Shown here: one piece after another, positions 1-10,806 of the stretch
Layout of the letters: each line of letters starts with the position of its first letter
How positions within the stretch are numbered: the stretch's first letter is position 1
NCBI RefSeq assembly: GCF_026626665.1
Contig: NZ_JAPNKE010000002.1
Coordinates: forward strand, 3,501,168-3,565,167
DNA length: 64,000 nt
Direction: 5' to 3'
Source of the DNA: Nannocystis pusilla
GTDB lineage: Bacteria > Myxococcota_A > Polyangia > Nannocystales > Nannocystaceae
Made by a program: the position numbers and the translations under genes
The notes under the pieces: model-generated
The model's database searches: none
Told to the model about the DNA's origin: nothing
What the model saw: only the letters and a program-made list of their open reading frames with translations

Positions 1-1287
1 CGGCGGTACAGCGCGCAGCAATTGAGGCCGCCGAAGCCGAACGAGTTCTTGACCATCAGGTCGATGCGGTGCTCGACCGCCTTGTTGGCGCACACGTCGA
101 CGTCGACCTCGGGGTCGAGCTCGTCGATGTTGATCGACGGGTGCAGCACGCCGCCGCGCATCTGCAGCATCGCCGCCACGGTCTCGACCGCCGGCGCCGA
201 CCAGCAGGTGTGGCCGAGCATCGACTTCGGCGCGTTGATCTTGAGCTTCTTGGCGTGGTCGCCGAAGACCTTGCGGATCGCGTTGAGCTCGGACAGGTCG
301 CCGAGCGGCGTGCTGGTCGCGTGGGCGCAGACGAAGTCGATCTCGTCGGGCCGCACCTGCGCGCGCCGCAGCAGCCGCTCGAGCGTGCGCGCCTGGCCCT
401 CGGTCGACGGCGACGGCAGGTGGCAGCCGTCCGACGTCGAGGTGCAGCCGAGCACCTCGGCGTAGATCGTCGCGCCGCGCTTCAGCGCGTGGCCGAGCTC
501 CTCGAGCACCAGCGCGCCGGCGCCGTGCGACGGCACGAAGCCCTCGCGCCGCGAGTCGTAGGGCCGGCTGGCCAGCTCGGGCGTGTCGTTGAAGCTCTCG
601 AAGGTGATGGCGCCGAGCAGCGCCATCGCGTGCACGCCCATCTGCGAGAAGTCGAGCACCGCGCCGACCACCATCGCCATGTCGTGGTCGTGGTGGCGGA
701 TCTCGTCGATCGCGTTGCGCAGGGCCACGTTCGCGCTGGCGCACGCGCCCCCGAGCGTGTAGCAGGCGCCCTTCCAGCCGAGCATCTCGCTCACCGAGCC
801 GGCGTGGTCGGTGTCGAGCATGTGCAGCGCCGCCATCGAGTCGATGTAGTCGGGGTCCTCCGTCTGGAAGGTGACGTAGTTGTCGGCGAAGTAGCGCTCG
901 TTGAGGTTGTGGCCGCCGACCAGCACCGCGCAGCGGGTCGGGTCCGCGACCTCGACCATGCCCGCGTCGCGCCAGGCATCGGCCGCGCACAGCACCGACA
1001 GCGACGTCGAGAACGGCGCCTTGTTGCCGCTGGCGGGCCCGCTTGTGCACCTCGGCCGGCAGCACGTCGCGCAGGCGCGCCAGCTTGGCCTTGACGTCGT
1101 ACTCCGACAGATCGCCGCCGATCTTCGAGTACACGCCGTCGTTGTTGTGCCACTTCCAGCGCGTGATCGCCGACTTGCCGGCGACCAGGTTGGCGTAGAA
1201 GGTGTCGAGATCGTCGCCCAGGGGCGTGTTGATGCCGAGGCCGGTGATGACCACGCGGCGGGGCGATTGTGCCTGCGATGAGACCAT
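1..1287 (-). CDS. beta-ketoacyl-ACP synthase (FabF/FabB-like KAS), 3' end runs off window start; apparent frame change near 1020-1060
   Basis: Minus-strand translation from ATG at 1287 gives MVSSQAQSPRRVVITGLGINTPLGDDLDTFYANLVAGKS. Downstream it has the TLGGACASANVAL active-site Cys region, HATSTPLGD and the C-terminal NSFGFGGLNCCALYR. The N-terminal and core segments lie in different frames. Confidence 0.8.
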   Translation of the reverse strand, partial: MVSSQAQSPRRVVITGLGINTPLGDDLDTFYANLVAGKSAITRWKWHNNDGVYSKIGGDLSEYDVKAKLARLRDVLPAEVHKRARQRQQGAVLDVAVGAVRGRCLARRGHGRGRGPDPLRGAGRRPQPQRALLRRQLRHLPDGGPRLHRLDGGAAHARHRPRRLGERDARLEGRLLHARGRVRQRERGPAQRDRRDPPPRPRHGDGGRRGARLLADGRARDGAARRHHLRELQRHARAGQPALRLAARGLRAVARRRRAGARGARPRAEARRDDLRRGARLHLDVGRLPPAVAVDRGPGAHARAAAAARAGAARRDRLRLRPRDQHAARRPVRAQRDPQGLRRPRQEAQDQRAEVDARPHLLVGAGGRDRGGDAADARRRAAPVDQHRRARPRGRRRRVRQQGGRAPHRPDGQELVRLRRPQLLRAVPP

Positions 1288-1306
1288 GCGTGCTCTTCTG
1301 GGGGAG

Positions 1307-1864
1307 TCAGTCCATCAAGTAGACCTCGAACACCGCGAGGGCCTGGACCTCCTCGCCGCGGAGGGCCTGGCCGACGCAGGTCGAGACGTAGTCGCTGTGC
1401 TCGAGCGAGCGGGCGAGCAGCGTCAGCCGGTCGCCCGGGCGGACGCCGCCCTGGAACAGGGCGTGGTGGACCTTGAGCAGCCGCAGGCGCGCCGGCGCGT
1501 CCGCGGCGTCGATGCTGGCTGTCCCTTTGGCCATGAGGTGCAAGAGACAGATCCCGAGCTGCCCGATCGCCTCGACCAGCAGCACGCCCGGGTACACCGG
1601 GTCGCCGGGGAAGTGGCCGGCGAACACGGCGTCGCCGGCGTCGATCGTCCGCACGCCGCGGATCATGCCCGGGTCCTCGGGCGTGCGCGGCAGCTCGACC
1701 GCGTCGATCGCGTCGACGAACAGGAACGGGTCGCGGTGCGGCAGCATGCGCTCGATCGCGGCGCGGCCGAACTCGACCGGCGTGCTGCCCTCGCCGGGCA
1801 CGAACACGGGCCGCCGGCGGTGCTGCTTGATCAGCGCGTCGAGGCCGCTCAGCTCGTCCACGAC
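1307..1864 (-). CDS. 3-hydroxyacyl-ACP dehydratase, FabZ/FabA-like hotdog fold
   Basis: ORF 1307..2089(-) contains HRDPFLFVD...AGHFPGDPVYPGVLLVEAIGQLG. Likely GTG start near 1864, overlapping the stop of the upstream acyltransferase gene. Confidence 0.8.
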   Translation of the reverse strand, partial: VVDELSGLDALIKQHRRRPVFVPGEGSTPVEFGRAAIERMLPHRDPFLFVDAIDAVELPRTPEDPGMIRGVRTIDAGDAVFAGHFPGDPVYPGVLLVEAIGQLGICLLHLMAKGTASIDAADAPARLRLLKVHHALFQGGVRPGDRLTLLARSLEHSDYVSTCVGQALRGEEVQALAVFEVYLMD

Positions 1865-2859
1865 GCCTCCTGGGCCACGTCCTTGCGCGGGGTCGGCGGC
1901 AGGTGCTGGCGCAGCGCCGCGAGCACGCCGGCCAGGTGTGAGGCGGCGTCGTCGCGGTTGTCGGTGGCGTACTTCGGCCGCGACGACCACTTGCGATCGA
2001 GCAGGTTGTGCAGCACCTGGCGCGGGCCGACCTCGACGAACACCGCGCCCGGGTGGCGCTCGGTGACGCGGTCGATCGACTTGCGCCACAGCACCGGCGT
2101 GTGCACGTGCTCCTCGAGCAGGTCGACGAACACGCCCGGCCCCGGCGCCGGCATGAACTCGCCGCGGCGGTTCGGCAGGTACGGCAGCCGCGGGGCCTTG
2201 AAGCGCGCGCGCTGCAGGTGCGGGCGCAGGGCCGCGCCGACCGGCTCGAACAGCGACGAGTGCATCGGCACCTGGCGCTCGATGATCGTCGGCACCACGT
2301 AGTGCTCGTCCTCCAGCAGCGCGACCGCGGCCTCGACCGCGGCGGCGTCGCCCGACAGCACGTGCTGCTTCGGCGAGTTGAGGTTGACGATCTCGAGCAC
2401 CCCGAGGCCCTGGCCGCGGATCTGCTCGACCACCTCCTCGAGCGTCTCGAGGTCGAGCGGCTGGACCGAGGCCATCATCCCGCGCGGGCCGGCGTCGTAG
2501 GCCTCGCCGCGGGCCTGGACCAGGCGCAGCGCCTCCGGCAGCTCGAGCGCGCCGATGTGGACGAGGTGGTTGTACTCGCCGAGCGACAGCCCCAGCGACA
2601 GCTCGGCGTCGACGCCCTCGGCCTGCAGGATGCTGAGCATCATGTGGTTGGCGACGAACACGCCGACCTGGACGTCGACGTTGCGATCGAACGCCGTCGG
2701 GTTGTCCTCGCTGGTGTGCGCGTCGAGGTCGCGGCCGAGCACGTCGCTGCAGCGCGCCAGCACCTCGGCGGCCCGGCGGTGCAGCCGGGCCAGCTTGCCG
2801 AGCATCCCCGGGTAGCGCGAGCTCTGCCCTGGGAACATGAACACCAGCGTCGTCTTCAT
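1849..2859 (-). CDS. malonyl-CoA:ACP transacylase-like acyltransferase (FabD family)
   Basis: 336-aa ORF starting MKTTLVFMFPGQSS with the GLSLGEY (GxSxG) acyltransferase motif. Confidence 0.85.
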   Translation of the reverse strand: MKTTLVFMFPGQSSRYPGMLGKLARLHRRAAEVLARCSDVLGRDLDAHTSEDNPTAFDRNVDVQVGVFVANHMMLSILQAEGVDAELSLGLSLGEYNHLVHIGALELPEALRLVQARGEAYDAGPRGMMASVQPLDLETLEEVVEQIRGQGLGVLEIVNLNSPKQHVLSGDAAAVEAAVALLEDEHYVVPTIIERQVPMHSSLFEPVGAALRPHLQRARFKAPRLPYLPNRRGEFMPAPGPGVFVDLLEEHVHTPVLWRKSIDRVTERHPGAVFVEVGPRQVLHNLLDRKWSSRPKYATDNRDDAASHLAGVLAALRQHLPPTPRKDVAQEASWTS

Positions 2860-2881
2860 CGTGCCCCCTACCCTGTCCCGC

Positions 2882-4150
2882 TCACTCGGCCGCCCCGTCG
2901 ACGCGGCCGCGGATGATCGTGTCCTCGAGGATCTCGAGCGCGCGGTCGAGGTCGGCGCGCGTGTGCGCGGCCGTGATCGCGACGCGGAAGCGCAGCCCGT
3001 CCTCGGGCACCGAGGGGTAGTCGACCGGCGCGAGGAACAGCCCGCGACGGTGGAGCGTGCGCGTCAACTCATACAGCCGGCGGCGATCCGATCCGACCAT
3101 GATCGGCACGACCTGACTCGAGCCATGCCCGAGGTCGAGGCCGATCTGCTGCGCCTTCTCGCGGAAGTAGCGGGTGTTGGCCCACAGCGTCTCGCGCAGC
3201 GAGTTGTCGCGGGTCGCCACCTCGAGCGCCTTGCGGAGCCCGGCCACCACCGCCGGCGGCAGCGCGCTGAAGCCGTAGGCGTTGATGTAGTAGCGCATGT
3301 ACTGCAGCAGCGCGCGGCCGACGGTGAAGCCGCCGCAGCCGGCGAACGCCTTGCTGAAGGTCGCGAACTGCAGGCCGATCGACTTCTCGGCGCCGTAGTG
3401 CTCGACCACGCCGCGGCCGTTGGCCCCGTACACGAGGATCGAGTGGGCCTCGTCGATCAGCACGCCGACGCCGTGCTTCTCGGCGACCGGCAGCAGCTTC
3501 GGCAGATCGGCCGTGTCGCCGTCCATCGAGTACACGCCCTCGACCACCACCAGCCGGCGCGCGCCCTCGCTGTCGGTCAGCGCCTGGTCGAGCGAGTCGG
3601 GGTCGTTGTGGTCGAAGAACACCAGCTTGGCGCGCGACAGCTTGGCGCCGTCGATCGAGCACAGGTGGGTCTTGGCGTCGAGGATGGCCACGTCGCCCTT
3701 GCGCAACACGCCGGCCAGCGTGCCCATTCCCCCGGCGAAGCCGCTGTTGAAGAGGATGCAGTCCTCCTGGCCGAGGAACGCCGCCAGCTCCTGCTCGAGC
3801 CCGCGGTGCAGATCCGACAGCCCCGACAGCAGCGGCGATCCGCAGGCCCCGGTGCCGTAGGTGCGCAGGGCCTCCTGCGCCGCCTCGACGACCTCCGGGT
3901 GCGTTGCGAGCCCGAGGTAGTTGTACGAGCTGAGGTTGATGACGTCGCTGCGTTCGCCGGCGCGTTCGATCGCCATGCGCGGTGCGACGGCCCCCAACAT
4001 GTGGGGCTCGTACATCGACATCGCCCAGGAGCCGGCCTCGGCCCACTGCACGAAGCCCTCGGGCGGACGGAGCGGATCGTCGCTGTCCGAGAAGTAGAAG
4101 TCGGCCAAACTGTGCTCGGCTTCGCGGCCCATCACGGAACTCCCCGGCAT
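2882..4150 (-). CDS. alpha-oxoamine synthase family PLP enzyme, serine palmitoyltransferase-like (could alternatively be BioF/Kbl-like)
   Basis: 422-aa ORF with NLSSYNYLGLATHPEVVEAAQEALRTYGTGACGS and SFSKAFAGCGGF (PLP-lysine region), class I/II aminotransferase fold. It is first in an operon with the acyltransferase, dehydratase and KAS. Confidence 0.8.
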   Translation of the reverse strand: MPGSSVMGREAEHSLADFYFSDSDDPLRPPEGFVQWAEAGSWAMSMYEPHMLGAVAPRMAIERAGERSDVINLSSYNYLGLATHPEVVEAAQEALRTYGTGACGSPLLSGLSDLHRGLEQELAAFLGQEDCILFNSGFAGGMGTLAGVLRKGDVAILDAKTHLCSIDGAKLSRAKLVFFDHNDPDSLDQALTDSEGARRLVVVEGVYSMDGDTADLPKLLPVAEKHGVGVLIDEAHSILVYGANGRGVVEHYGAEKSIGLQFATFSKAFAGCGGFTVGRALLQYMRYYINAYGFSALPPAVVAGLRKALEVATRDNSLRETLWANTRYFREKAQQIGLDLGHGSSQVVPIMVGSDRRRLYELTRTLHRRGLFLAPVDYPSVPEDGLRFRVAITAAHTRADLDRALEILEDTIIRGRVDGAAE

Positions 4151-4579
4151 GTCGGGGCCCGGGCGTAGTTACAGCGAAAGTATCGCGGCTGTCACGGAAA
4201 TTCTGTTCCTCAGCGCATGCGGATCCACGTGCAGCGCGCGCTGTCGCCTCGTTGCACATGTTGCAGATTGCGACGCGCTGGCCTTATCGGCGAACTATTT
4301 AAACCGGTGCATAAAATGATGCGCCGCGATACGGCCGCATGCGGCTGCATCGGCCGCTGGTAGTTAATCTCGAGTGCAACAATCTCCACGCCCTGCAGCG
4401 AACTCGACGGCCGAGTCGCGCTCGCGCTCGCGTGTGGACTGCGAAATGCGTCGCACACTGGCTGTATGTCACGCATGCTGCGGACAGGAGACCGCGATCG
4501 AAGCGGCGCGTGGTGAAGCTCTCGGGTCCTGTGTCACAGCCTTGACGTCGACGCGTCGCGGTAGGTAATCCCCCGCTTC

Positions 4580-5673
4580 GTGCGCACGAAGGTCCTCGTC
4601 ACCGGCGCGAACGGCTTCATCGGCAGTCACCTCGTCGATCGTCTGCTCGCGGGCGGCGACGCGGTGCGGGCGATGGTCCGCGCCAGCGCCAACCTCGACA
4701 ACCTCGCCGACGCGCTCGCGCGGACCGACGCGCAGCCCGAGCTCGTGCGCGCGTCGCTGTCCGACGTCGACGCGATGGCGGCCGCGTTCGACGGCGTCGA
4801 CACCGTCTATCACGTGGCCGGCCTGACCGCCGCGTTCACCCGCGACGAGTTCGCGCGGGCCAACGCGGCCGGCGTGGCGAACGTGCTCGCGGCGATCCGC
4901 CAGGCCCGCGACGGCCGCGGCGGCTGGTCTACGTGTCGTCGCTGATGGCCGCCGGCCCCTCGCACCCGGAGGTCGCGCGGCGCGAGCACCACGCCCCGCG
5001 CGTCGGCTACACGCTCTACGGCGACAGCAAGCTCGACGGCGAACGGCTGGTCTTCGCGGCCGCGCGCGCCGGCGACGTCGAGGCCGTGATCGTGCGCCCG
5101 CCCGCGGTCTACGGCCCGCGCGACCTCGACATGTTGCAGATGATCCGCTCGGCCAAGTTCGGGGTCATCGCCCAGCCCGGCCTGCGCCCCGCGTGGATGT
5201 CCTTCATCCACGCCTTCGACCTCGTCGAGGGCATCGCCCGTGCCGGCGCTCGCGGTTGCCCGATCCCCCGCGACGGCGAGCACGTGCTCGCCGATCAAGG
5301 CAGCCCCTTCGACCATGTCCCCGAGGACATCTCCCACCCCGCCGGCGCCGGCATCTACTACTTGACCGACGGCCAGCGCAGCACCGTCGTCGAGTTCGGC
5401 CGGGCCGCCGCCGCCGCGCTCGGCCGGCGGGCGATCGCGCTGCCGATGCCTCAGGCCGCGGTGTGGACCGTCGCCGGCATCAACCACGCGATCGGCCGCC
5501 TGCGCGGCAAGGCCCCCGCGCTGACGCTCGACAAGGCCCGCGGCAGCATGGCCCCGGGCTGGTGGTGCGACGACAGCCGGGCCGTGCGGGAGCTCGAGTA
5601 CGCCCCGCAGTGGCCGCTCGCGCGAGGCCTCGAGCACACCGTCGCGTGGGCCCGCGGCGTCGGTCGCCTGTGA
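4580..5673 (+). CDS. NAD-dependent epimerase/dehydratase family (SDR) protein, apparent frameshift near 4925
   Basis: GTG start gives MRTKVLVTGANGFIGSHLVDRL (Rossmann GxxGxxG). It continues in a second frame (ORF 4933..5673) with YTLYGDSKLDGERL, a YxxxK-like motif. A GC run lies at the junction. Confidence 0.7.
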
Positions 5674-5974
5674 TCCCGCGCGTCCGCCTCGACGCGTGAC
5701 GCTGGCGTCCGCGACGACGGCGTCCACGACGAGGGTCGTTCCGGGCGGCGAGGTCCGGTGCGACCACGCGGCTCGGACCTCGCGCGCCGCGTCGCCAGGG
5801 CACCGGCTCCTGGCGCTCCCGAGGGTGCGCTCTTGCGGTGATTCCGCAGTCGACGGCGTGCGTCGGCGAGGCGTCGCGAGCATGTCGTCCGCCCGTCACC
5901 CGCGGGCGCTTTCGCCGGGTCTTCGGGCCCTCGGGTTCGACCGCGCGGCCGACGTGGAGTAAGACGAGCGCGTC

Positions 5975-7102
5975 ATGCTCCGCCCTTCGGTCGCCGACAT
6001 CGCCTTCGACGCCGCCCTCTTCGACGAGCTCCGCAGCGCCCTCGCCCGCGGCGAGCTCAGCCCTACCCGGGCCCGGCTGACCGCCCCGCCGCGGCCGCTC
6101 GGCGACGACGTCCTGCTCGACCTCGGCCGCGCCGACGCCCGGTCCCGCTGGCGCGCGCGCGGTCAGGAAGCCCTCGCCGCGCGCAAGGTCGCCGCCTTGA
6201 TCTTGAACGGCGGCATGGCCACGCGCTTCGGCGGCGTCGTCAAGGGCGTCGTCCCCGTCTTGCCCGATCGACCTGACCTCTCGTTCCTGGCCGTCAAGCT
6301 CGCCGGCGTCCGCGCGGCCGGCGTCCCGGCCGTCGTCATGCACAGCTTCGCCACCGCGGCCGCCTCGGGCGATCACCTCGCCACCATCGGTTGGTCCGGC
6401 GTCCCTGCCGACGATCGCCTCGAGTTCTTGCAGTCCTTGATGCCGCGCGTCTTGCCGGACGGCACCCCGCTCGTCAGCCTGCCCGGCGCCGACGCCTTGC
6501 CCGACACCACCGTCTACGCCGCGCCCGGCCACGGCGACACCCTCCGGCGCGTGCGCGACAGCGGCGTCGTCGCCGAGCTGCGCCGCAGCGGCGTCGAGCA
6601 CCTCCTCGTCTCCAACGTCGACAACCTCGGCGCCTCCCTCGATCCCACCGTCCTCGGCGCCCACCTCGACGCAGTCGACGGCGGCGCCGAGCTCAGCGTC
6701 GAGGTCGTCGCGCGCGCCCCCGACGACGCCGGCGGCTGCGTCGCCGAGGTCGACGGCCGCGCCACCATCATCGAGTCCTTCCGCCTGCCCCCCGGCGTCT
6801 CCCTGGCCCAGTATCCGCACTTCAACACCAACACCCTGTGGATCTCCCTGGCCGCCCTCGAGCGCCCCTACCCGCTCACCTGGTTCCCCGTCCAGCGCTC
6901 CGTCGAGTGGCCCGGCCGCGACGACCTGCCCGTCATCCAGTTCGAACAGCTCATCGGCCAGATCACCGAATTCGCCCGGACCGCCTGCCTGCGGGTCGAT
7001 CGCGCCCGCTTCCTCCCGATCAAGACCCGCGACGACCTCGCCGCCGCCCGCCCCGCGATGACCGAGATCGTCCGCGGCGTCGGCCTCGATCCCGGCTGAA
7101 GC
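5975..7102 (+). CDS. UDPGP-family sugar-nucleotide pyrophosphorylase (UTP--glucose-1-phosphate uridylyltransferase-like)
   Basis: 374-aa ORF with LNGGMATRFGG, VSNVDNLG and related UDPGP motifs. Confidence 0.8.
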
Positions 7103-7156
7103 CTGCGCCTTCGCACCGCCGCCGGCCCTCCGTCTCCGTCGAGCAGGCCCACGCCG

Positions 7157-7240
7157 ATCGGCATGCCCGCAAGGACATGCCCGTTGCGACATGTCCTCCT
7201 CACCATGTTCCAGACAACATGCCACGAAGGACATGTCCGG
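7157..7240. repeat. phased array of 6 CATG-centred palindromic units at exactly 14-bp spacing (consensus rrGGACATGyCCnn)
   Basis: CATG tetramers at 7162, 7176, 7190, 7204, 7218 and 7232. Units read atcggCATGcccgc, aaggaCATGcccgt, tgcgaCATGtcctc, ctcacCATGttcca, gacaaCATGccacg, aaggaCATGtccgg. Intergenic between the UDPGP gene and pgi. Confidence 0.85.
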
Positions 7241-7691
7241 TAGTTTCCCCAGTCCTCCCCGCCCTCGCCCGCCCCGAGACGTTCCCCGCGCCACCCGTCG
7301 CCGCGCACCGACGAGCGCCGGATAGCTCTCCAGGAGGTCCGAGCGATGGGCGGCCGGCCGGCCGTCCATCGCTCGGAGAGCCTCCCCGCGTCGCGCCCTC
7401 CCGCCACCGGAGCCGACGACCGGCGCTCGGGCCACCCACGAGGCGGGCCGTGCAGCGGTCGGGGACGCGGGTCGGCGCCCATCCGCAGCGAGATGCGCCC
7501 GACGAAGGAGGGTGCATCCGCGAGGACTGGGCGCCGGCCCGCGTCCCCGACCGCCCGCGAGGCGGCCTCGGCAGTTCGCGAACCGAGAGACCCGCAGCAA
7601 GCGCGACGAACCTCCGAAGCAAGGCCGCCCGCCCGAGGCCTGGCGTCCCCAGGCCCCCGCGAGCGCCGACGCTGCTATAAAGCGCGCCGAC

Positions 7692-9321
7692 ATGGCCGAC
7701 GCACTCGACCACTATCTCACCTGGCGCCTTTACCGTGCCGAACTCGACATCGAGCTCGACTTCGCCGACGCCCAGCTCGACGAGCCCGCGCTGACCGCCA
7801 ACGCCCCGCGGCTCGAGGCTGCGCTGGACGCCCTCCACCGGATCGAGGGCGGCGCCGTCGCCAACGCCGACGAGGGCCGCATGGTCGGGCACTACTGGTT
7901 GCGCGACCCGGAGCGCGCCCCCGATCCCGCGATCGCCCAGGCCATCCACGACAGCGGCGGCAGATCGAGGCCTTCGCCGACGGCGTGCGCGGCGGCCAGA
8001 TCCTCGCCGACGACGGTCGGCCGTTCACCGGCGCCATCCTCGTCGGGATCGGCGGCAGCGCTCTCGGCCCGCAGCTGCTCGAGGCCGCCCTGACCGCGCG
8101 CGACAGCGGCCCCGGCTTCAGCCTGCGCGTCCTCGACAACACCGACCCGGCCGGCATCGCCGACCTGCTCGCAGAGACAGGTACGCTCGCGCAGACCTTG
8201 ATCCTCGTCGTCTCCAAGTCGGGCTCCACCGTCGAGACGCGCAACGGCATGCTCGAGCTGCGGGCCGCCTGCGCCCGGCAGGCGATCGAGTTCCCCAGGC
8301 GGGCGATCGCCATCACCCTCGCGGGCAGCGCGCTCGATGAACTGGCGCAGCGCGAGGGCTGGCTGGCGCGCTTCCCGATGTGGGACTGGGTCGGCGGGCG
8401 CACCAGCGTGCTCTCGCCGGTCGGCCTGCTGCCGGCGGCGCTGCTCGGGCACGACTGGCGCGGCCTCCTGCGCGGCGCCGCGGCGATGGACCAGTGGGGC
8501 CGCGTGCGGCCGGCGCGGCGCAACCCGGCCGCCCTGCTCGCCTGGTTGTGGCACCAGCAGGGCTCGGACATGGCCTTCGGGACATGGTCATTTTGCCATA
8601 CAAAGATCGCCTGTCGCTGCTGTCGCGCTACCTGCAGCAGCTGGTGATGGAGTCGCTCGGCAAGCGGCTCGACCGCCAGGGCCGCGAGGTGTGGCAGGGG
8701 CTCGCGGTCTACGGCAACAAGGGCTCGACCGACCAGCACGCCTACGTGCAGCAGCTGCGCGACGGCCTGCACAACTTCTTCGCGGTGTTCGTGCGGGTGC
8801 TCCGCGACCTCGACGGTCAGGTCACGGGCCCGGGCATGGTCGAGGTCGAGCCGCAGGTGAGCTCGGGCGACTGCCTCGACGGCTTCTATCAGGGCACCCG
8901 CGCCGCGCTCGCCGAGCGCGGTCGGGCCAGCGCGACCATCGTCCTGCGCCAGGTCGACGCTGCCGCCGTCGGCGCCTTGATCGCGCTGTTCGAGCGCGCG
9001 GTCGGGATCTACGCCGAGCTCATCGACGTCAACGCCTACCACCAGCCCGGCGTCGAGGCCGGCAAGCAGGCGGCGAAGGGCGTGCTCACGCTGCAGGCCG
9101 CGGTGCTCGCCGCGCTGACGGGCGGCTCGGGAAGCAAGACCGCGCGCGAGCTCGCCGAATCGCTCGGCGCCGACCCGGTGGCGGTGTGGCAGGTGCTGCG
9201 TCACCTCGCCAGCAACGGCCGCGTGAGCGTCGACAGCCTCGTCGATCCGGCGGCTGCACAGTTCACGCGCGCCTTGACGCGCGAGACGTCGCGGGCGAAG
9301 GGCGAGTATCCTCCCGCGCCC
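7692..9321 (+). CDS. pgi: glucose-6-phosphate isomerase, with two apparent frame changes (~7961 and ~8585) and no in-frame stop before the downstream MATE gene
   Basis: ATG at 7692 gives [13 protein letters not shown]...AIHDSGG. Frame 2 continues [12 protein letters not shown]...[13 protein letters not shown]...[14 protein letters not shown]...[16 protein letters not shown]. Frame 3 continues [27 protein letters not shown]. Confidence 0.75.
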
Positions 9322-10740
9322 ATGGCCTCGGTCCCCGGACTCCGCGCGCTCATCACCCTCGCCTGGCCGATCGTGCTCGCACGCTCGGCGCAGTCGGTGA
9401 TCAGCTTCAGCGACGCGGCCATGGTCGCCCCGCTCGGCGATGACGCGCTCGCGGCCGCGACCACGGGCGCCATGAACGCGCTGGGGATCCTCGTGCTGCC
9501 GATGGGCATCACGTTCATCGTCCAGAGCTACGCGGCCCAGCTCGCCGGACGCGGCGACCTCGCCAGCGCGCGCCGCTACGCCTGGTACGGCGTGTGCCTG
9601 GCCGCGCTGGCGATGCTCGCCACCATCGCCGCCATCCCGGCGATAGGCCCGCTGCTGTCGCTCACCGGCCACGAGCCGGCGGTGCGCGAGGTGATGGCCG
9701 AGTACATGGCGATCCGCATGCTCAGCACCGGCGTGGTCGTCGGCACCGAGGCGCTCGGCAACTGGTTCGCCGGCCTCGGCGACACCCAGGTGTCGATGCG
9801 GGCCAGCCTGGTCGCCATGGTCGTCAACATCGGCCTCAACTGGGTCCTGATCTACGGCAACCTCGGCGCCCCCGCGCTCGGCGTCCAGGGGGCCGCGTGG
9901 GCCAGCGTGTTCGCCAGCGTGGCCGGCTTCGCGGTGTGCTGCCACGCCTTCTGGCGCGCGCGCGACCGGCGGACCATCGACCCGGCGGCGCTCGGCCACG
10001 TCGAGCACCCGGTACCTGACCTTCCGGACAGCTCGGACGGCCGCCTCGACCTGCGCGAGTTCTCGCGGATGATGCGGTTCGGCCTGCCGAACGGCCTCAA
10101 CTGGTTCCTCGAGTTCGCGGCCTTCTTGATCTTCATCAACCTCGTGGTCGCCGAGCTCGGGACCGTCGCCGTCGCGGCGCTGATGGCCGTGGTGGCCGTC
10201 AACTCGGTCTCGTTCATGCCCGCCTTCGGCCTCGGCTCGGCCGGCGCGGTGCTGGTCGGCCAGGCGATCGGCGCCGGCCGCCACGACCACGTGCCGCGGA
10301 TCGTGATGCGCACCTTCTCGGTCGCCGCCGCGTGGCAAGGCCTGGTCGGGCTGCTCTACTTCGCGATCCCGGTGCCGCTGATGACGATCTTCGCCCGCGA
10401 CGAGCTCGAGACGTCCAGCGAGGTCGTGCACCTCGGCGCCCAGCTGCTGGCGATCAGCGCCGTGTGGCAGCTGCTCGACGCCTCGGTGATCACCTTCAGC
10501 GAGGCGCTGCGCGCCGCCGGCGACACCGCCTGGCCGCTGGTCCTCCGGATCGCGCTCGCCTGGGCGATCTGGCTGCCCCTGGCCTGGCTGACCGTGTTCG
10601 TCTGGGACGGCGGCGCGACCGCGGCGATGTGGAGCATGTGCGTGTACATGGTGTTCCTGGCCCTGGCGATGGTGCTCCGCTTCCGCACCGGCGCCTGGCG
10701 CCGCATCGACATCACCGGCCGCGGCGCGACCGGCTGATCG
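9322..10740 (+). CDS. MATE family efflux transporter
   Basis: [45 protein letters not shown] followed by about 12 predicted TM segments, a typical MATE N-terminus and topology. Confidence 0.8.
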
Positions 10741-10806
10741 AGCATGCCCTCGAGGGCATGTTCTCGAGCATGTCCTCACGGACATGCTCCCCGGACATGC
10801 GCTTCA
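10738..10806. repeat. array of 5 CATG-centred units (spacings 14, 12, 14, 13 bp)
   Basis: gagCATGccctcgagggCATGttctcgagCATGtcctcacggaCATGctccccggaCATGcg, lying between the convergent 3' ends of the MATE and DUF1963 genes. Confidence 0.8.
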
